Assembly: GCF_009914755.1 (NCBI RefSeq)
Contig: NC_060933.1
Strand: one strand, 5' to 3'
DNA: 64,000 nucleotides
Source: the human T2T-CHM13v2.0 reference genome, Homo sapiens
This document shows, in pieces, positions 55,540 through 64,000 of this stretch (positions are counted from its first letter, which is position 1; each line of letters begins with the position of its first letter). The position numbers were made by a program, and so were the translations under genes. The notes beneath the pieces are model-generated. The model made no database searches. It had not been told where the DNA came from and worked only from the letters and a program-made list of their open reading frames with translations.

Positions 55540-56630
55540 TTCCATTCCATTCCATTCCATTCCATTCCATTCCATGCCATTCCACTCGGGTTGATTCCAT
55601 TCCTTTCCATTCCATTCGAGTTGAAACCATTCCATTCCATTCCATTCCATTCTATTCCATTCCATTCCATTCCATTCCAATCCATTGCACACGGGTTCAT
55701 TCCATTCCATTCCATTCCATTCCATTCCATTCCATTCCATTCCATTTTGTTCCATTCCATTCTATTCCGTACCATTCCATTCCATTCCATTCCATTCCAT
55801 TCCATGCCATTCCACTCGGTTTTTTCCATTCCTTTCCATTCCATTCGGGTTGAATCCATTCCTTTCCATTCCATTCCGTTCAATTCCATTCCATTGCACT
55901 CGGGTTGATTCCATTCCATTCCATGCCATTCCATTTCATTCCGTTCCATTCCATTCCATTACATTCGGATTGATTCTTTTCAATTCCCTTACACTCCATT
56001 ACATTCCATTCCATTCGGGTAGTTTCCGTTCCATTCCATTCCATTCCACTCCATTTCATTGCACTCGGGTTGATAGATTCCATTCCATTGCATTCCATTC
56101 CATTCCATTCCATTCCATTCCATTCCATTCCATTCCATGCCATTCCACTCGGGTTGATTCCATTCCTTTCCATTCCATTCGAGTTGAAACCATTCCATTC
56201 CATTCCATTCCATTCTATTCCATTCCATTCCAATCCATTGCACACGGGTTCATTCCATTCCTTTCCATTCCATTCCATTCCATTCCATTTCGTTCCATTC
56301 CATTCTATTCCGTACCATTCCATTCCATTCCATTCCATTCCATTCCATGCCATTCCACTCGGTTTTTTCCATTCCTTTCCATTCCATTCGGGTTGAATCC
56401 ATTCCTTTCCATTCCATTCCGTTCAATTCCATTCCATTGCACTCGGGTTGATTCCATTCCATTCCATGCCATTCCATTTCATTCCGTTCCATTCCATTCC
56501 ATTACATTCGGATTGATTCTTTTCAATTCCCTTACACTCCATTACATTCCATTCCATTCGGGTAGTTTCCGTTCCATTCCATTCCATTCCACTCCATTGC
56601 ATTGCACTCGGGTTGATAGATTCCATTCCA
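55540..56630 (-). repeat. Tandem duplication, ~543-bp offset
   Basis: Seen: ACTCGGTTTTTTCC at ~55814/56357, GAGTTGAAACC at ~55618/56181, GGGTTGATAGATT at ~56067/56610. Confidence 0.8.
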
Positions 56631-59600
56631 TTGCATTCCATTCCATTCCATTCCATTCCGGATGAATCCATTCCATTGCATTCCATTCCATTCCATTCCC
56701 CTGCACTCGGGTTGATTCCATTCCATTGCATTCCATTCCATTCCGTTCCATTCCATTCCATTCCATTCCATTCTGTTCAGGTTAATTCCATTCCATTCCA
56801 TTCCATTCCATTCCAGTCCAGTCCATTCCATTCCATTCCATTGCAATCGAGTTGTTTCCATTGCATTCCATTCCATTCCATTCCATTCCATTGCATTCCA
56901 TTGCATTCCATTCCCCTGCACTCAGGTTGATTCCATTCCATTCCATTCCATTCCATTCCATTCCATTCCGGATGATTCCATTCCATTGCCTTCCATTCCA
57001 CTCCATTCCCCTGCACTCGGGTTGATTCCATTCCATTCCATTCTATTCCATTCCATTCCATTCCATTCCATTCCATTTCGTTCCATTCCACTCTATTGCG
57101 TACCATTCCATTCCATTCCTTTCCATTCCAATCCATGCTATTCCACTCGGGTTGATTCCATTCCTTTCCATTCCATTCGAGTTGAATCCATTCCATTCCA
57201 TTCCATTCCATTCGATTCCATTCCATTGCACACGTGTTCATTCCATTCCATTCCATTCCATTCAATTCCATTTAGTTCCATTCCATTCTATTCCATACCA
57301 TTCCATTCCATTCCATTCCATTCCACTCCATTCCATGCTATTCCTCTCGGGTTTATTCCATTCCTTTCCATTCCATTCGGGTTGAATCCATTCCATTCCA
57401 TTTAATTCCATTCCACTCGATTCCATTACTTTGCACTCGTGTTGTTTCCATTCCATTCCATTCCATTCCATTTCATTCTATTCCATTCCATTCCATTCCA
57501 TTCCATTCCATTCCATGCCATTCCACTCGGGTTGATTCCATTCCTTTCCATTCCATTCGAGTTGAAACCATTCCATTCCATTCCATTCCATTCCATTCCA
57601 TTCCATTCCAATCCATTGCACACGGGTTCATTCCATTCCATTCCATTCCATTCCATTCCATTCCATTCCATTCCATTTCTTTCCATTCCATTCTATTCCT
57701 TACCATTCCATTCCATTCCATTCCATTCCATGCCATTCCACTCGGGTTTATTCCATTCCTTTCCATTCCATTCGGGTTGAATCCATTCCTTTCCATTCCA
57801 TTCCGTTCAATTCCAATCCATTGCACTCGGGTTGATTCCATTCCATTCCATGCCATTCCATTTCATTCCGTTCCATTCCATTCCATTACATTCGGATTGA
57901 TTCTTTTCAATTCCCTTACACTTCATTACATTCCATTCCATTCGGGTAGTTTCCGTTCCATTCCATTCCATTCCACTCCATTGCATTGCACTCGGGTTGA
58001 TTGATTCCATTCCATTGCATTCCATTCCATTCCATTCCATTCCGGATGAATCCATTCCATTGCATTCCATTCCATTCCATTCCCCTGCACTCGGGTTGAT
58101 TCCATTCCATTCCATTCCATTCCATTCCGTTCCATTCCATTCCATTCCATTCCATTCTGTTCAGGTTAATTCCATTCCATTCCATTCCATTCCATTCCAT
58201 TGCAATCGAGTTGTTTCCATTGCATTCCATTCCATTCCATTCCATTGCATTCCATTGCATTCCATTCCCCTGCACTCAGGTTGATTCCATTCCATTCCAT
58301 TCCATTCCATTCCATTCCATTCCATTCTATTCGCGTTAATTCCATTCCATTCCATTCCATTACATTCCATTGCAATCGACTTGATTCCATTCCATTCCAT
58401 TCCATTCCATTCCATTCAATTCAAGTCCTTTCCATTCCATTCCACTCGTGTTTATTCCATTTTATTAGTTTCCATTCCAATCCTTTCCCTTCCATTCCAC
58501 TCTGGTTGATTCCATTCCTTTCCATTCCACTCGAATTCATTCCCTTCTATTCCACTCGGAATGATTCCATTCCATTCCGTTCCATTCCATTCCATTCGAT
58601 TCCATTTCCTACCATTGCATTCTATTCCGTACCATTCCATTCCATTCCATTCCATGCCATTCCACTCTGGTTGATTCCATTGCTTTCCATTCCATTTGGG
58701 TTGAATCCATTCCATTCCATTCCATTCCATTCCATTCCATTCCGTTCCATTCAGTTCCATTACATTCGGATTGATTCTTTTTAATTCCCTCAGACTCCAT
58801 TACATTCCATTCCATTTGGGTACTTTCCATTCCATTCCATTCCACTGCATTATATTGCACTCGGGTTTATTGATTCCATTCCATTGCATTCCATTCCATT
58901 CCATTCCATTCCGGATGATTCCATTCCATTGCATTCCATTCTATTCCATTCCCCTGCACTCGGGTTGATTCCATTCCATTCCATTCCATTCCATTCCATT
59001 CCGTTCCGTTCCATTCCATTCCATTCCTTTCTGTTCAGGTTAATTCCATTCCATTCCATTCCCTTCCATTCCATTCCATTCCATTCCATTGCAATCGAAT
59101 TGATTCCATTGCATTCCATTTCATTCCATTCCATTGCATTCCATTCCATTCCTATCTCCTGCCCTCAGGTTGATTCCATTCCATTCCATTCCATTCGATT
59201 CCATTCTATTCCATTCCATTCTATTCGCGGTAATTCCATTCCATTCCATTCCATTACCTTCCATTGCAATCGAGTTGATTCCATTCCATTCCGTTCCTTT
59301 CCATTCCATTCCATTCAAGTCCTTTCCATTCCATTCCAGTCGTGTTGATTCCATTTTATTAGTTTCCATTCCATTCCATTCCCTTCCATTCCAATCTGGT
59401 TGATTCCATTCCTTTCCATTCCACTCGAATACATTCCCTTCTATTCCACTCGGAATGATTCCATTCCATTCCGTTCCATTCCATTCCATTCCATTCCATT
59501 TCTTTCCATTCCATTCTATTCCGTACCATTCCATTCCATTCCATTCCATTCCATTCCATTCCATTCCATTCCATTCCATTCCATGCCATTCCACTCGGGT

Positions 59601-59809
59601 TGTTTCCATTGCTTTCCATTCCATTTGGGTTGAATCCATTCCATTCCATTCCATTCCATTCCATTCCATTCCATTCCATTCAATTGCACTAGGTTTGATT
59701 CCATTCCACTGCATTCCATTCCATTCCATTTCATTCCATTCCACTCCATTCCATTCCATTCCCCCGCACTCGGGTTCATTCCATTCCATTGCATTTACTT
59801 CCATTCCAT

Positions 59810-62800
59810 TCCATTCCATTCCATTCCATTCCATTAGACTCCATTCCATGCCATTCCACTCGGTTTTATTCCATTCGTTTCCATTCCATTCGGGTTGAAT
59901 CCATTGCATTCCATTCCATTCGATTCCATTACATTGCACTCGTGTTGTTTCCATTCCATTCCATTCCATTCCATTCCATTCCATTCCATTCCATGCCATT
60001 CCACTCGGGTTGATTTCATTCCATTCCGTTCCATTCGAGTCGAACCCATTCCATTCCATTCCATTCCATTCCATTCCATTCCATTCCAATCCATTGCACA
60101 CGGGTTCATTCCATTCCATTCCATTCCATTCCATTCCATTCCATTTCGTTCCATTCCATTCTATTCGGTACCATTCCATTCCATTCCATTCGGTACCATT
60201 CCATTCCATTCCATTCCAATCCATTCCATTCCATGCCATTCCACTTGGGTTGATTCCCTTCCTTTCCATTCCATTCGGGTTGAATCCATTCCATTCCATT
60301 CCATTCCATTCCATTCCATTCCATTCCATTCCATTCCTTTCAATTCCATTGCACACGGGTTGGTTCCATTCCATTCCTTTCCGTTCCATTCCGGATGACT
60401 CCATTCCATTGCATTCCATTCCATTCCATTCCCCTGCACTCGGGTTCATTACCTTCCATTCCATTTACTTCCATTCCATTCCATTCCATTCTATTCGGGT
60501 TAATTCCATTCCATTCCATTCTATTCAATTCCATTCCATTCCATTCCATTCCATTCCATTCCATTCCATTGCAATCGAGTTGATTCCATTCCATTCCATT
60601 CAATTCCGGATGATTCCATTCCATTGCCTTCAATTCCATTCCATTCCCCTGCACTCGGGTTGATTCCATTCCATTCCATTCCATTCCATTCCATTCCATT
60701 CCATTCCATTTCATTCCATTCCATTTCGTTCCTTTCCATTCTATTCCGTACCATTCCATTCCATTCCATTCCATTCCATTCCATTCCATTCCATTCCATG
60801 CCATTCCACTCGGGTTGATTCCATTCCTTTCCATTCCATTCGAATTGAATCCATTCCAATCCATTCCATTCCATTCGATTCCATTCCATTGCACACGGGT
60901 TCATTCCATTCCATTCCATTCCATTCCATTCCATTCCATTCCATTCCATTCCATTTCGTTCCATTCCATTATATTCCGTACCATTCCATTCCATTCCATT
61001 CCATTCCATTCCACTCCACTCCATGCCATTCCACTCGGGTTTATTCCATTCCTTTCCATTCCATTCGGGTTGAATCCATTCCATTCCATTCCATTCCATT
61101 CGATTCCATTACATTGCACTCGGGTTGATTCCATTCCATTCCATTCCATTCCATTCCACTCCATTCCATGCCATTCCACGCGGGTTTATTCCATTCCTTT
61201 CCATTCCATTCGTGTTGAATCCATTCCATTCCATTCCATTCCATTCGATTCCATTACACTGCACTCGGGTTGATTCCATTCCATTCCATTCCATTCCATT
61301 TCATTCCATTCCATTCCATTCCATTCCATTCCATTCCATTCCATTCCATTCCATGCCATTCCACTCGTGTTGATTCCATTCCTTTGCATTTCATTCGTGT
61401 TGAACCCATTCCATTCCATTCCATTCCATTGCACACGGGTTCATTCCATTCCATTCCATTCCATTCCAATCCATTCCATTCCATTCCGTTCCATTCCATT
61501 CCATTCCATTCCATTCCATTCCATTTCGTTCCATTCCATTCTATTCTGTACCATTCCATTCCATTCCATTCCACTCCATTCCATGCCATTCAACTCGGGT
61601 TTATTCCATTCCTTTTCATTCCATTTGGGTTGAATCCATTCCATTCCATTCCATTCCTTTCGATTCCATTATATTGCACAGGGGTTGATTCCATTCCATT
61701 CCATTCCGTTCCATTCAGGATGACTCCTTTCCATTGCATTCCATTCCATTCCATTCCCCTGCACTCGGGTTCATTACATTCCATTCCATTCCCATCCACT
61801 CCATTCCATTCCATTCCATTCCATTTCAATCGAGTTGATTCCATTCCATTCCATTCCATTCCATTCCATTCCATTCCGGATGATTCCATTCCATTGCCTT
61901 CCATTCCACTCCATTCCCCTGCACTCGGGTTGATTCCATTCCATTCCATTCCATTCCATTCCATTCCATTCCATTCCATTTCGTTCCATTCCACTCTATT
62001 CCGTACCATTCCATTCCATTCCTTTCCATTCCAATCCATGCTATTCCACTCGGGTTGATTCCATTCCTTTCCATTCCATTCGAGTTGAATCCATTCCATT
62101 CCATTCCATTCCATTCGATTCCATTCCATTGCACACGGGTTCATTTCATTCCATTCCATTCCATTCCATTCCATTCCATTCCATTCCATTTAGTTCCATT
62201 CCATTCTATTCCATACCATTCCATTCCATTCCATTCCATTCCACTCCATTCCATGCTATTCCTCTCGGGTTTATTCCATTCCTTTCCATTCCATTCGGAT
62301 TGAATCCATTCCTTTCCATTCAATTCCATTCCACTCGATTCCATTACATTGCACTCGTGTTGTTTCCATTCCATTCCATTCCATTCCATATCATTCTATT
62401 CCATTCCATTCCATTCCATTCCATTTCATTCTATTCCATTCCATTCCATTCCATTCCATTCCATTCCATTCCATGCCATTACACTCGGGTTGATTCCATT
62501 CCTTTCCATTCCATTGGAGTTGAAACCATTCCATTCCATTCCATTCCATTCTATTCCATTCCATTCCAATCCATTGCACACGGGTTTATTCCATTCCATT
62601 CCATTCCATTCCATTCCATTCCATTCCATTCCATTCCATTTCGTTCCATTCCATTCTATTCCGTACCATTCCATTCCATTCCATTCCATTCCATTCCATT
62701 CCATTCCATGCCATTCCACTCGGTTTTTTCCATTCCTTTCCATTCCATTCGGGTTGAATCCATTCCTTTCCATTCCATTCCGTTCAATTCCATTCCATTG

Positions 62801-63370
62801 CACTCGGGTTGATTCCATTCCATTCCATGCCATTCCATTTCATTCCGTTCCATTCCATTCCATTACATTCGGATTGATTCTTTTCAATTCCCTTACACTC
62901 CATTACATTCCATTCCATTCGGGTAGTTTCCGTTCCATTCCATTCCATTCCACTCCATTGCATTGCACTTGGGTTGATAGATTCCATTCCATTCCATTCC
63001 ATTCCATTCCATTCCATTCCGGATGAATCCCTTCCATTGCATTCCATTCCATTCCATTCCCCTGCACTCGGGTTGATTCCATTCCATTCCATTCCATTCC
63101 ATTCCGTTCCATTCCATTCCATTCCATTCCATTCTGTTCAGGTTAATTCCATTCCATTCCATTCCATTCCATTCCATTCCATTCCATTCCATTCCATTCC
63201 ATTGCAATCGAGTTGTTTCCATTGCATTCCATTCCATTCCATTCCATTGCATTCCATTGCATTCCATTCCCATGCACTCAGGTTGATTCCATTCCATTCC
63301 ATTCCATTCCATTCCATTCCGGATGATTCCATTCCATTGCCTTCCATTCCACTCCATTCCCCTGCACTCG
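59810..63370 (-). repeat. Paralog of ~53000-57020, lacking the 543-bp internal duplication
   Basis: Seen: the same ordered markers TAGACTCC, TCGAGTCGAACCC, paired CGGTACC, ACTTGGGTTG, TTTACTTCC, CACGCGGGTTT, TCAGGATGAC, TTTAGTTCC, CCTCTCGGG, GGTTTTTT, GATAGATT, CTGTTCAGGTT. A further copy starts at ~63568. Confidence 0.8.
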
Positions 63371-64000
63371 GGTTGATTCCATTCCATTCCATTCCATTCC
63401 ATTCCATTCAATTGCACTAGGTTTGATTCCATTCCACTTCATTCCATTCCATTCCATTCCATTCCATTCCACTCCATTCCATTCCATTCCCCCGCACTCG
63501 GGTTCATTCCATTCCATTGCATTTACTTCCATTCCATTCCATTCCATTCCATTCCATTCCATTCCATTAGACTCCATTCCATGCCATTCCACTCGGTTTT
63601 ATTCCGTTCGTTTCCATTCCATTCGGGTTGAATCCATTGCATTCCATTCCATTCGATTCCATTACATTGCACTCGTGTTGTTTCCATTCCATTCCATTCC
63701 ATTCCATTCCATTCCATTCCATGCCATTCCACTCGGGTTGATTTCATTCCATTCCGTTCCATTCGAGTCGAACCCATTCCATTCCATTCCATTCCATTCC
63801 ATTCCATTCCATTCCAATCCATTGCACACGGGTTCATTCCATTCCATTCCATTCCATTCCATTCCATTCCATTCCATTTCGTTCCATTCCATTCTATTCG
63901 GTACCATTCCATTCCATTCCATTCGGTACCATTCCATTCCATTCCATTCCAATCCAATCCATTCCATGCCATTCCACTTGGGTTGATTCCCTTCCTTTCC

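Larger units (their letters stand above)
29716..64000 (-). repeat. Satellite III (HSat3) array in inverted orientation, (CATTC)n on +
   Basis: Seen: continuous CATTC pentamers with reverse-complement spacers ACTCGGGTTG, AATCGAGTTG and CCGGATG. No return to GGAAT orientation before the window end. Confidence 0.97.
49190..64000 (-). repeat. HSat3 sub-domain, B-related modules, inverted
   Basis: Seen: TGCACACGGGTTCA (reverse complement of the B marker), ATGCCATTCCACTCGGG, TTAGACTCC, TCGAGTCGAACCC and CGGTACC pairs. CCGGAAGAT and TTCAAGTTG were not seen. Confidence 0.75.

Noticed and set aside
1-64000. Hundreds of ORFs, up to 447 aa (59121-60464)
   Set aside because: (GGAAT)3 encodes MEWNG and its complement encodes IPFHS with no stop codon in any frame. 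The ORFs overlap in all six frames and have no domain-like content.
1-64000. Repeat-and-spacer layout resembling a CRISPR array or a diversity-generating cassette system
   Set aside because: The spacers are a small recurring vocabulary rather than unique sequences, repeat runs vary in length, and there is no leader, cas, recombinase or RT gene.
1-64000. HSat2, telomeric repeat or GGAA (EWS-FLI1) microsatellite
   Set aside because: The CATTCGATTC/ATGATG-rich HSat2 pattern is not dominant, there are no TTAGGG arrays (only isolated hexamers such as ~49195), and the period is 5 rather than 4.

Overview
The whole 64 kb window is primate (most likely human) classical satellite III (HSat3). It consists of (GGAAT)n pentamer runs punctuated by CAAC(C/A)CGAGT-type spacer modules. 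I can support no genes, RNA genes, transposons or CRISPR arrays; the many ORFs (poly-MEWNG / poly-IPFHS) follow arithmetically from a stop-free 5-mer. The dominant structure is one sharp strand switch at ~29715: GGAAT on + to the left, CATTCC on + to the right, so the G-rich strands converge. The junction has a TGCA microhomology and a perfect 15-bp fold-back stem. The arms are diverged inverted paralogs, not an exact mirror. Two module vocabularies (called A and B here) are arranged A-B-A | A'-B', with nested duplications from 60 bp to about 4 kb, a possible 23-25 kb direct repeat, and about 27 perfect nGAAnnTTCnnGAAn heat-shock elements seen only in A-type domains. All alignments and counts were made by eye from marker k-mers, so boundaries are approximate and the chromosome cannot be assigned.
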